In this document: positions 25,301-39,109 of the stretch, in pieces | Layout of the letters: each line of letters begins with the position of its first letter | Position numbering within the stretch: the first letter of the stretch is position 1 | Assembly (NCBI RefSeq): GCF_006345805.1 | Contig: NC_043009.1 | Coordinates: 62,744,001-62,808,000, forward strand | DNA from: Octopus sinensis | Taxonomy: Eukaryota | Reading direction: 5' to 3' | DNA length: 64,000 nucleotides | Position numbers and translations under genes: made by a program | The notes under the pieces: model-generated | The model's input: the letters and a program-made list of their open reading frames with translations, nothing else | What the model was told of the DNA's origin: nothing | Database searches by the model: none

Positions 25301-26769
25301 GACTAACCAACTAGCATAATTGTAATGATTTGCAGTAAATGGAAGACGGTGGAACTTTCTAATAGAAAGCCTTTTCTGGCTAGTAACGAATTTCACTTTG
25401 TCCCATGGGACGAAGTGACATTCTTGATTTTGAATGGTGCTTGGAAAATACACGGCCAGACTGTATCCAGGACTTCACAAGTTTTCTACAAGTATAAAGT
25501 TTACCTCAAATTCAGGAAAATATTGTGACACAAATTGTGTCGAGTAGAAGATGACATGGTTGAGATGCCAGTGTCCCACAAAGTTTATCTAATGAGGGGC
25601 TGATGCTGTCAAAATGAGGAAGGTGAGAATACAAAAATTCCACCAACTCCACTTCAATTGACTTTAATAAATATTGTTAATGTGTTCACATATGTGTTGT
25701 ATGGTCTGCTAATTTGTACTGATAACAACCATTAGCATGACTGGAAGAGTTTACATTCTGCTCATTCCTATGAAGAGATGATGTGCTAGAAGCAAAACAA
25801 TTTTGGAGAATTTCTTTGCTCTTCAAGTAGACATTGATTAAAGATGAAAAACTATAAGATAGAAGATAATGTCCCTCGTCTTCCCAGTAATTCTCAGTCC
25901 ACTACCACCACTCACAGTAGTTGGCATCTTCTGTAGTAAGAATATATCCTACTAAGATATGATTCTTATTTATTCTCAAAGGTATTTCTCTTCAAATGAT
26001 TATATGTATACATATTGTACTGTGTGTTTAGAAATTGATATTTTCATGCATAAAAATAATGTTTGCTTGTTTCTTATAATGTTCTGCTTTGTCTCTGCCC
26101 TCCACCCCCAAGTCCTTCAAGGACAAAATTAATTTTGTGTTAGGAACACATTACTTCCTTACCTCCATAACAAGGGTGGGCGTAGTAGGGTTGTTCCTGT
26201 GTTAAGAAAATAAAAGTGTGATTGCATGGCTTATAGAAAATGAGAGGAGAGAATTGGCAGCATTCGGGTATACAGGTGTATTCATTGCATAAGTGTGTGT
26301 GTGTGTGTGTGTGTATAAATATATTTATATCTTATATTTTGCTTCATTTTAGCATGTTTTTGCATGTTATCATAGTTTAGATGAGAGGAAATTCGAAATG
26401 GAGGTTTTTATAGCCAAATGCACTCCCTTTTGCCAACCCTTACCAGTTTTTCATGCATTTATACCCAGTGGAATCTCTAAGTGCAAAAGATAGTGGACAA
26501 TTTATTAGCAAGTGATGTCAACATGCTTCATTGGTAGCAGACCAAACAATGACATCACCTTCTGTAGTAGAGCTGGAACAGGGGGATGTCCACCTGAGCA
26601 TAGTTTTGTAAACATTCACACTTAAGCAAATGCATGCGTGCACGCACATGCACACACACATGCAAACACACATGCAAACACACACACACACAGAGCTACA
26701 CTGTGGAAGCAGTTTGTTACAGTTGGGTAATGCTACCAACTTATTATGAAAATTATTGTGCCCAAAGTT

Positions 26770-26817
<48 letters not shown>

Positions 26818-29800
26818 TGTGTGTATATGTTATTTCTTCTGTCAGTGAGTTATTGAAATGTGAGTAAAATTCTGAGAAGTACAAACCATATGTTACAACA
26901 CAAACTTTGTGTTTGAAATAAGGCATTTGCGCAGATTTACCATGATTCTCCTACAAATTAACTGCAAATGCAGTTCTTTATTTCCCTGGCAGTGTTGGGT
27001 ATCTTTTTACTAAATTTTAAAAGTGTGTTTTGTTTTTACTTTCAGATCATTGTATGGTTAGTTTTGTGAAGCCTAATTTACTTGGAACACGTAAAGAATT
27101 TTGTAACAGATTTGTAAATCCCATCACAAATGGGCAGTGTTCCGATTCCACTTCATATGATGTAAAAATTATGAAAAGACGTGCCCACATATTGCATGAT
27201 CTCTTGGATGGCTGTGTACAGGTAAGAATGCAATTCGTTTACCCATGATCATCTCGAAAGAGTTAACTGTTTTCAGGTATTTCTAAACGGAATGCATTTC
27301 CAAGAAATTTCTAAAAGTAATTGTGTATTTAGACTTCTTTAATGTCAACTGTCATTTTCTTGTTCATTGGTATATTTAACATGGTATTTGGAATAAAAAA
27401 ATTAACAAAGGCTCTTACATTAGGCTCTTATATATGTATATAAGTTATATAAGTTGTAGTGCACCTGAGCACTGTACACAATGTTTTATTATTATTATTA
27501 TTTTATAACATTTTCATTTCAAAACTATTCTAAATTTAGGTAAACTCAGGTGGAATCTTATTTTGTATTAGGTTGTACCTTTTCAGCACAAGTGGCATGG
27601 TTGGATGGGAGTAAGTGTGTGTGTGTTTAAAAATGGAAGTAAAGTGGCACTAGAACACAACATTTATGCTGCAACAGTGGTGGGTGGTGTAAGGTAAATG
27701 TTTATATTATCGCTGATATAGTAATGAGATTTATTGAATATCAGTTGGGTTGGTCATGAAAGGGTTGAATATAACTTGTTTTGTATCAGTGGTAGAAATT
27801 ATTAACTCTGATGTTTTATTGAAAATAAATGACATCAAAATGTTTTTCTAATCACTTTGCCATCGTCATTTTTTAATTATTTGTTTTGTATTTCAGAGGA
27901 GAGATTACAGTGTCTTAACAGACTTTCTGCCGCCTAAACTGGAATATGTTATTTTAGTAAGATTGTCTGATGTACAAATAGAATTATACCAGAAATATCT
28001 AGACAATTATTCACATGTTTCTGGTCCCGGGGTTGTAGACAAACGGCCAGTTGGATTATTTGCTGATTACCAGAACCTAATGAAGATCTGGAGTCATCCG
28101 TGGGTGCTAAAACTTAACGAAATTAGACAAGAAAATAAAGTAAGTTCATATTTTTATTGCAGAAGCACTGATTATAAACTTTACCTTTGTTAGGAATATG
28201 GTTGTTATGATAACGAGGAGTCAGTGGAGGAAGATATTAATTGATGTTGTTGTTAGTAGTGGGGTTCTTTGAAACAAGTACGAAAGATATAGTTGGGGTA
28301 GTTATACTGAGTTACTATCAAAGACAGCATTAAAATTGTGTATAAATTGGGATTTGTCATGGCTAAAATATATCGTACTGATCAGTAAGCAAATCTCGTG
28401 TCACTAATTTCTCGAACCCTTTAGTGTTCAGATTATTCTGTCAAATGTGATGTTTGTTTATTTATATTGTTTTGAATTAATCATGCATTATTATCTTGTA
28501 GTTTAGAGATTTCGGTGATGTGATTTTTTAGTTTTAGAATGACATGGTAGGGCTGAGGTGAGAGGTGAGATCTGGTCAGTTTCAATGTAAAACAGGTTAA
28601 ATATTTTGGCCCCCAAAAAACCACTCATATTATTCAGTTACTGACTTGCATACATAGCTTATCTTATAATTTTACCAATACAACTGTTTTTAGGGAATGT
28701 TTTGACGTTTGATGTTGTGGGTTTGGGGAATGAATATTGTAGTACCTTGCTTACTGCTTATGATACCAACATGGCTTAACACATTAATATGAATCTTTTC
28801 TAGCTAATGTCACTAACTTCTCTTACTATTATAATGATTACTCCTCCTCAGAGTTGGCTGGTCACATGCCATCTCCACTCAAACACTCCCGACCCACTTA
28901 ACGCTCTTCCTCTCATCTTCCCTGTTGTGTGCATCCTTTCACAATCTGCACCAACCGTTATGATCAATCTTTCCTCCTCCTCAGAAACTCCCCACCCCTC
29001 CGTCCTCCTCCCATGTCTTTCCGGCGGATGTCAATTTCTACCAGTTGAAGCGGTATCAATCTAGTCGCAGAACCATCTACATCATTTTTTTTTTTTTTCC
29101 TATGGACCCTTTTGATTCTTATTTTTACTCTACTGGACCCTCATATCCATTCAGTGTTTAACCCTTAAGCATTTAAACTAGCCATATCTGGCCCAAATAT
29201 TCCACTTTTGTTTATGCTCAGACTGGCCAAATTTGACCTCTCACATCTAGTTTACAATAATTAATGATTAATTCAAAATAATGTAAGTAAATAAGCATTA
29301 CATTTGGCAGATTACTTTGAATGCTAAATGACTGAAAAAAAAAAATCCTATTATATTTTTACAATTAAACATTATTAAATTGTACTGAAAAAAATTGTTA
29401 AAATATTTTGTGCATTGCAGAAGTATGATCAGTTTATTGCACATAAAATTCTAACAACAAAATCTTCTGCGGTTCCCTAAGGGCCATATGGACCCTGGTT
29501 GAGAAGCACAGCTCTGCACTGTTCTTTCTTTCCTTCTGACCTATCAAATAAAAAAAATAAAATGGAGCAAATATTGTTGATATTTTAGAGGAAAACAATA
29601 TAAAAATGAGAAATATTATTTGAAGTACGTGTTAATTAATATTTGATTTATTTTCAGAAACGTTATGATTCTGATGATGAAATGGACTCTTTTATTGATG
29701 ATGACACTGAAGAATCCGTCAGTGATGGAACGTCAAGTAATGAAAGCTTTGAGAACTCTGACAAGGAAGATGCTACGCCTCCCCCTGGTGGTAACCGGCC

Positions 29801-32800
29801 TTCCACCAGTACCAGGGCAACGAGAGCTTCAAGACGACGCGGGTGAGGCTTTGTTTGTTAGTTTGTTTTTAATTTAACTCCATGTTTTATTTGTCACAAT
29901 TTAATTACAAGGAAACAAAAAAACAAAAAGAAAAAAAGGAGGAGGCATTAAGGGAAAGGAGTGACGGGCTGCACCCCCCCACCCACCCACCCAAAAGGCA
30001 TATTCAGGCGTTTATGACCATGGAGAATGGCAGTGGCACTTGGTGCAGCAGCCATTCCACCTTATGGGGCTCATTTCTCAGGCAGGCCACCGTTGTCCTG
30101 ATTTTGCAGCAGAAATTGGTAGTGCAGGGTCAGAGAACACCTGAGGTCTTAACAGCAACTGACAGGCACTGCTGATAGTGGCCGGTCAGGCCCCTGTATT
30201 TATTTTCCCCTCTTCTGTCTTATGGGTGGTGATACCTTGGGTTTTGCAGTATTTCTGAATTGTTTCTAGCTACCTGCCACATAGTTTCCATAGACGGACA
30301 GAACAGTAGGAGTGCTTGGCTTCAAACACCACAAAGAAACATCATCACCGTTTAACGTCCGCTTTCCATGCTAGCATGGGTTGGACGATTTTGACCGAGG
30401 GCTGCACCAGGCTCCAATCTTGATCTGATAGAGTTTCTACAGCTGGATGCCCTTCCTAACGCTAACCAATCCAAGAGTGTAGTGGGTGCTTTTTACGTGC
30501 CACAGGCACGGGGCCAGTCAGGCGGTATTGGCAATGACCTCACTCGAATTTTTTTACACATGCCACCGGCACAGGTGCCAGTAAGGCGACATTGGTAACG
30601 ATCACGCTCGAATGGTGCCCTTTTACATGCCACTGGCACGGGGCCAATCAGGCGGTACTGACTGACTGGCCCCCCATGCTATGTTTGACAAATAGCTAAA
30701 AGCAAATGTCTATGTTTGCTGTTTGTTTGTTTGTTTTACTGCCCACACAACACATTACAAACCTGATTCATCCAAAATCTTCTAATTTTGCCAGCTTCAC
30801 TACCACTTACATATTCATGCTAAAAGATCCTCTGTATGGATACTCAGCGTGCTAGAAATACGAACCAAATATCTCTCAATTCCTGCCTTACTACCATCTG
30901 AATTAAAAGAAGGATACTTTGGATAGTGTAATTTTAAGTAAACTGTCTAATAAAACGAGATGGTCACAACTGGAGCATCTTTCATCATTGGGATTCATTG
31001 GTCTACATGATAAGTCATTCCTCCACAGATCAGCATCATCATTTAAATGTCTGTTTTCCATGCTGGCACCTGGCTCCATTGTCTCTATTGGCATGGACTG
31101 GATGCACTTCCTAATGCCAAACCCTTTACAGGAGGGTACTGGGTGCTTTTTATGTGGCACCAGAACTTCTTCCTGCCCACTTTTTTTCTTGCAAACATTG
31201 AAACTGAACACAAACAACAACACCAATCTCAAGCATATTGGAGAATCTACAGAGGTCATTGATAACTGCTTCTTCCCTTTAACCCTTTAGCATTTAAACC
31301 GGCCAAAAGTAGTCTTTTGTTTTATGTTCAAACAGGCCAGATCTGACATCTCACACCAACCCTACAATATCGTTTTAAAAATTAACAGCTACCTCATCGA
31401 AATCTCAAAGCTACAAGATAATGCATGATTAGTTCAAAACAATGTGGATAAAAACGGATTAATTTTGGCAGAATAATGTGAACACTAAAGGATTAATTAT
31501 TAATCATGAGAAAAACAGAAAAGAACCCCTATTTTCATCACATTTCTGATGTTGCAGTGATTGTTAAGTTACAACCCCGCCTACATATGTTTCACATTGT
31601 TTTTGCTGTTAATGTTTCAGATCTGATGATGATAAAGCAGAAGTTGTCAAAGAATGGAAAACTAGATCTCGTGGTGGTGCTGAAGAAGGTGAGTGTCTTC
31701 TTAATTATCTGATCCCGTCTCATACCAAGTCTTCTTACTTGACTTTCAATCTCGATTGTCTTGAGCTACCCCTTCATCTCTAGGTTTAATTAATTTAATT
31801 AGGCTTGGAGCACGACAATAAATGATGTTTACACATTTTAAACACATTAGCCTAATGAAATCTTTGGTTTATGCCAAATTTTAACCATTTTTTTAAAAAA
31901 GCTGTTGTACTATAAAGGTACACTGACCCCAACAGAGTAGATGAATATAGACCAGAGCCTACCCCTTTGTACATAGTGACACCTAGAAGCTTCCCCAGTA
32001 TGTAATCTGTTACAGTAACACAGACATGAGGTTATCCACATGTATTATATATTACGGTAATGCTAGTAAATGGCTCTTCCAATGTGTTCTGTAATATAGT
32101 AATAGAGTGGCATTGGTTGAATGCTACTCCTATATGTTTATTAATTCCAGGGCTAGAGGCCAACCTAATGTCTTTAAGTATAGTAACACTGGTCAGAGAG
32201 CCACTATGTTGTAGTGAGAGAAACACTGTGAAGTGTTATGTGTTTCATTCGTATTCTGATGATTTATTATCAAGTTGGTCATAGCTATCTCTTGTTTTCC
32301 ACACATGCATGCTACACGTTCACTCTACTATACATACTCTCTATCCCACAAACGTACACAGATTCCTGTATAATCTGTATATATGTAAGCTACATGGTTT
32401 TTTCATGTTGATACAGTATATCTTACGTACGTACACACTAAAGTGTTTGTGTGTTACTGTACTGTTAGAACCATTGCGTATATGATTGCAGTCCTCATGT
32501 ATCTCTGTGTTGGGATCTTATGAACTCAGATACACTGCAGCATTCAGGGTAACAAGGACTCTACAATCCAGTTAGCCAGAATAAATAAATATTGACTAGA
32601 ACCCACCCCTGTGTGCACAGTGACAGTACCCAGAAGTTACTCCTGTATGTTATCTATTTACAATCCTGATGTTATCCTTTGCAAATCCTGGTTTTTCTTT
32701 GAACTCTCTGCTTTTTATTGCTCCTTTATTCTGAACGTGTTAATTCATTGAAAATGTGTCTGTATATTTATTTGCGTTAGTGAACAATTCCCATATGTAT

Positions 32801-35800
32801 AAACTTTCTTCTAATTACAGCAGAACCTATAGTTGAAGTGAAAGAAGAGAAAGATTGTCCTATCAGTTCAGAATGGTGGTCAGAATATTTAAATGATTCA
32901 GATTGTCACAATTTAGATCTTTCTGGAAAACTGAAATTAACATTTGAAATCTTGAAAATGTGTGAAGAAATTGGTGATAAAGTGTAAGTATATGATGTTT
33001 TATTGAAATATTACAAAACCTGGACCTTGTTTTGTTTATAAATAGATTTTAAATTGTTATTCTTTCAACATAGGTTTTGCTTTAAAAACAAGGAGGACAA
33101 GAAAAGCCTGTCGGAAATTTGTTTCTGTCTCTGCAGTTGGTCCCAACTTAGTAGGGACTATTTTTTGTGACACTTTAATGTTTACTATTTTATTTAAAGA
33201 TGTTTGTAACTTTCTAACTGCATTGATTTGTTATGAAACTGAAATGGAAGATAATCTTTAAAAATAAATGTAAAGGCAATGTAGTTGCCATGAGAAACGG
33301 TAAAAATACATCGGTGTTTTGAGCAAATGTCCATTACGAAGAAATAAGAGACAAGAAAAATGGGTGGGGTTGGGGTGGAGAAACATCCAACTTTGTCATT
33401 CGATAATCAAGACAATAATTGATGAAGGATGTAGGTTAATGGATATGAAGTTTGTGAGGAGAGTAGAAGTGGATTGTGAGCAGGTGGATGAAGTGGGTAA
33501 GTAGATAGGTGGCTTCAAAGTAGTGGTGGTAAGATGGTGGAAGGAAGTGGGTAGCTTGTACTGGAGGATGCAGTTTATGTGGTGGGCAGATGGAGGATGG
33601 TTAGAAGTGTTGGACATTAGCTGAGTGTAAGACAGCTGCAGTCAGTGAAGTGTGTGCTTCAGTCTGAGTGTGCTTGTTGGTAGGCACAGCAGTGTATATA
33701 TACATAAACATGTTGGTGTGAGTGGAAGGGTCTTAGCTGGAATACATGCTGATCCATCACAGGAGGGAGCAAAAGAAGGAAGGAAAGGAATTAGACAAGA
33801 CAGTGAAGTTATTGATATCAAATGGAAAATATTTGCCCATTCGGAAAGTTGTTTGCAAATTAGCTTAGTAACTGAGAGAGAGGTGTGGTTGGGTTAAACT
33901 GAAGATAGCAAAATGGCATTAGGATAATTCACGGAGTTAAATGGCATGTTACAGGTTTACGGAGCCCATGATTGTGAGGTGTATCACGCAGGTGCTCTTT
34001 GTATTGGTCAACCAAGCGACATGTTGTCTTATCTATGTACAAAACATTGCAGAGTTGACATTTTTATACATTGACTTTACATTTGTTTTTATTCCTTTCT
34101 TCCATTGGATTATTCATTGCCTGACATGACCTACACAGCAGATTCCTTCCTTGGATCATATATTTTAATGAAAATCAAGTTGAGTCTTTTTCCCCTCAAC
34201 TTCAACACGGTACCACATTTCAAAAAATGTTGGATGTGGTTTAAATTAAAATTAACTGTAGATCGTCAACTTTGATTATAGAAACTGTTTTGTTTCTATT
34301 TTAGGTTAGTTTTCAGCCAAAGTTTGTTATCATTAGATTTATTAGAAGATTTCCTGGAATACATTGATACTAATGCTCAGAAAGAACAAGAAGAAAAAGA
34401 CAAAGAAAAGGAAAAAGAGAAAGAAAAAGAAACGTCTAGTAACAAGGTAAATGTATATATATGTATATGTGTGTAGTAATTTTATTGACAGTTTCCTCAA
34501 TAGACTGAATGCTAATTATTTGGGGTATCTGGCTACCAAATCTCTTTCTTCAAAAAATGCAGGGCTCAAGAGTGTGAGCATAGGATATATAGTAGAAGCA
34601 GTGGAGTAAACTGAGAAGAGACCCAGTTTTTGTGGTGATGGGATAATGTTTGTAGAGAATTGATGAATGTGGCTGGGTTTGTCAATCAGATTCAGTGTCT
34701 CTTCTTGAACAAAGTCTGTAGAATTGTGCATGCACACATGTGTATGCTTGTCTGTAGTGAGTGCATAGTTGCAGACAGGTGTAAGGCATATTTTGCTTGT
34801 AGAGGGTTAGCAGCCGTTTGGAACTAAGAATTTTTTATGTCCTTTGAAGTAGAAATTGCCACTTTGGTGATGCAATGTTGAAAGCTAGGTTTTCCAAGAG
34901 AAGTTAGAGGTGGTCAGACCTGACAATTGTTTAGAGTGTAATAGATTCAGTCGTGTTTTGTTGTTGTTGTTGCCTGCAATGTTGTTAAACTGTCTTTGGT
35001 CTGATGATGTTTTGTCTTTTATGTAAGTAACAACATTCAACAGAAAAAACATAAACATTTTTCATTTTAGAAAAAGAAAGATAAAGAGGAAAAAGAGACC
35101 TTTGGCAAGTCTTGGATCAAAGGTGCTGATTACTTTCGACTCGATGGTTCTACACCTGCTCACTATCGTAAGAGATGGGCTGAAGTTTTCAATGATACAG
35201 AAAATTATAGGTAAAGTTTTGACAGTTTTTCACCTTTAATTGCCTACTCCCTGCTCACCTTTTCTTTCTTTTATACTTTGACCTGTCTCCCCCTCTCATA
35301 ACCCCCCCCCCCTGTCTTGTAGTCTTGCAATGCTGCATGGTGGCCTTGCCACTGCAAATGACACGAAAAACGCACGCAGTACCTACTGTGAATTCGTTGG
35401 TATTATAGGAAGGGCATCTAGTTGTAGAAACCATGCCTAAGCAGGCACTGGAACACAGTGTGGTCCTTGGACCTTTTGGATATTGCCAAACTGTCCAGCG
35501 TAAAACTTGGTTAAATGATGATGATGATATATACATGCAAACACCAATGGTGTATGATTGTTATGAAAATTCTTATAACCAGAATTTCATGTACTTCAGC
35601 TCCATTATTTTAACTGTTTTGTTATATTTCTAACTAAAATACACTCCTTATATCTTTCTGAAATAATCAAGAACTAAGACTAGTTTTGTGAAATAAACTA
35701 TAGCTTTAAAAAATAGTCTTGTATGAGTTTATGGCTGAGTTTTTGTCTCGAAACTAATTGCAAGAAAATATTAAAAATGAGAAATTCTAAAAATTTTGTT

Positions 35801-36298
35801 GAAATATTCCCATATAAAATCAGTTGTAAGATATTTAGCTGAGCTTTGTGTGTTTGTGTAGATTGTACACATTGTTGAGTGTAAAATTGCATAAAATTAT
35901 CAACGTGTTTGAAGAAAACTGCAAACTGAAGTTCACAAGTATATAAATACAGACTCATACACACACACAACACATACGTACGTGTATGATGGGTTTCTTT
36001 CGGTTTCCATCTACCAAATCCACTCGAGGCTTTAGTCAGTCTGGGGTTATAGAAGACGCTTACCCCTGGTGCCAAGAAGAGGGACTGAACCCAGTATGGT
36101 TAAGAAACAAACTTCTTAACCACACAGCTAGGCCAACACTGAATACAATTAAGCAGATGTCACTCACCTTAAACATAAATTAAAATCTTATGTAAAGAAG
36201 AAAAAATTATTTTCAGTAAGATTAATTCATAAAATACCTTATTTTTGAATTAAATTATATATATATATATATATATATATTGGCACCTGTGCCGGTGG

Positions 36299-36339
<41 letters not shown>

Positions 36340-39061
36340 CACGTGTAAAAAGATTCGAGCGAGGTCGTTGCCAGTGCCGCCTGAATGGCCCCCGTGCTGG
36401 TGGCACATAAAAAGCACCCACTACACTCTCGGAGTGGTTGGCGTTAGGAAGGGCATCAAGCTGTAGAAACTCTGCCAGATCAAGACTGGACCCTGGTGCA
36501 GCCATCTGGTTCGCCAGCCCTCAGTCAAAATCGTCCAACCCATGCTAGCATGGAAAGCGGACATTAAACAATGATGACATATATATATATATATGCAAAT
36601 TAAGTGATATTTCTGTTATAAAAAGTTGTAAATCATCCCATTCTGTATAATGTCATGTACATTGTAAAATATTTCCAATTGATTGTCCATTGAGATCTTT
36701 CCTTTTCTGATGGCATACTTTACACAATATTTTGTGACAACTTGTTGAATGAAGACTAGCTGAATTGAGCAAGACATCCCACCACTGGCAGCCTTTTGGT
36801 TTTCTTCCAACAGTTGTCATTTGGATGGCGAATAACTGATGCATTGCAGTATCTACTTGGAACTGTAGCTTTTCACATGTTTTTGATCATTACATGATTC
36901 ATAGCTTAACCCAGTCTAAACTAAACCTTTTTAGCTGATTTGGTCAGGATTAAGAGAGAGAGAGAGAGGGGGGGAGAATGCATAAAATTGATTTGCCTCT
37001 TCATGAGTGGTCACAAGCAAATTCAAGTGGTATTAGTTAAACTGGTAATCTTGGACCATTAAAAATTTCGGGTGGTATGGTAGCAGTGGTGATAACAAAA
37101 GCATTGATTGTTATTATATAATCAATAAATCATCATCTAATGTCCATTTTCCCAAGGTTGCATGGGTTGGGCGGTTTGCCAGGAGCTGAAGAGCTGTTCA
37201 GGCCCCCTGTCTGTTTTGTGCTGTTATTGTATGATATATTGGGTCTTCATCATCATTTTATGTCCTGTTCTTTCCATGTTTGTATAAATTGGACTGGTTT
37301 TCTTCCACCATTGCATCTTTGTCACTTAAGGCCTTTGTCAGTTCCTTCATGAAGTGCAGTATCATAAGATCAGCTGTCTCTATTTCTTCCACTTGGTGTT
37401 TCTTTACCCATGTCCTGTTCCACACAAGTCTCATGTCCATACCAACACAGTCTTGTACACTCTTGTTACAGTACTTCTGATTTGTCTTAAAACCCAGTCT
37501 TTCTCAAGCTCATTTGCATTTTTTCATTCATGTACACTAATATTGCATATCTGCCGGAGCTCTCATCACACTTTTCCAGCCTTCCATTTTCTATCATGCA
37601 ATATTGCACTTATTACTTAACCCTTTCGTTACCGTATTTATTTTGAGATGCTCTGTATTTCTTTCAATTACTTTAAATATAACAAAGAATTTAGTAAAAT
37701 AACTTAGTCATCATTCAGCTAGTGTTAGGAACATAAATTGTGACTAAGGTTTGGTGGAAGATTTTTATTCAAAACTTATGAAAACAGGACATTTATACTC
37801 AGAGCCTGAGCCGGTTTCAGCCGGGTTGGTAACAAAAGGGTTAAACATCATAACAACCTGCTCTCTAATTGGAAAAAAGAATCTTTTTTTTTCTTTTTTC
37901 GACAGAGCAGTAATAATTCCTAAAATTTTTCAATCCCATTTTCATTCTGGCTGCTATACTTTCAAAACATTTGTGTGTTTAAAAAAATATTTATTGCAAT
38001 GTTTTCTTTCTTTAATATCAATGAAAATTAATTCTTTGCAGAGCTCGGCTGTTTTTAATTTCCACTAAAGCTGGATCCCTTGGTATTAATCTTGTAGCTG
38101 CCAATAGAGTAATTATTTTTGATGCTTCCTGGAATCCCTCACATGACATCCAGTCAATTTTCCGAGTATATCGTTTTGGTCAAACAAAACCAGTATATAT
38201 TTATCGTCTTGTGGCACAGGTCAGTTAATAAGTATTAAGTACTTTTTATTGCTATTAGTAAATGCTGAATGAAATGTATTACCGTGACCATTTTACCTTA
38301 TTAGTCACTAAAATACCCATATTTGTACTATTACAGGGAACAATGGAAGAGAAAATCTATGACAGGCAGGTGATCAAACAAGCCTTGTCTCAACGAGTCG
38401 TTGATGAACATCAAATTGAACGACATTTCACACAGGCAGATTTACAAGAACTTTATGTATTTAAACCCGAGAAAGTGGATGATCCTAATGCACCGGAAAG
38501 ACCGACTCCTATTTTACCGAAGGTAGGAACTATCCTCTAACATACAGTTCTATATTTAAGAGATGAGGAATTATGTACATTATTTACGTTTGACGGGCAT
38601 ATGGCGTAGTGGTTAAGAGCGTGGGCTACTAACCCCAAGATTCCGAGTTCGATTCCAGGCAGTGACCTGAATAATAATAACATGGAAAATACTTTAGGAA
38701 TGAGAACCCATGTTTGAAATTTCCCCAAGACACCTGATGAAGGCTGGAGGGTATATCAGCTGAAACGGGTTAACAACAAACAAAATGAGGGCAAATATCT
38801 GTCAAATATGAATAATGTAAATAACGTATTCTCTGACATTGTGAATTATGTTCTGTTTATCATTTATTCTTTCACTTGTTTCAGCCATTTGACTGCATCC
38901 ATGCAGGATTTTAGTTGAACAAATCAACCCCAGGACTTATGCTTTTGAAGTCTAGTACTTATTCCGTCAGCCTCTTTTGCCAAACTGCTAAGTTACAAGG
39001 ATGTAAACACATCAATACTGGTTGTCAAGCAGTGTTGGGAGGACAAACACAAACTCAGATA

Positions 39062-39109
<48 letters not shown>

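Noticed and set aside
33350-33760. Purine-rich stretch with minus-strand ORF 33396-33617
   Set aside because: Probably a decayed retroelement fragment (weak PLE-like HPS motif); not supportable as a gene or a defined family.
38595-38667. Possible tRNA gene (anticodon loop CTACTAA)
   Set aside because: Acceptor and T stems pair poorly and there is no clean terminator; it is the head of a repeat element.
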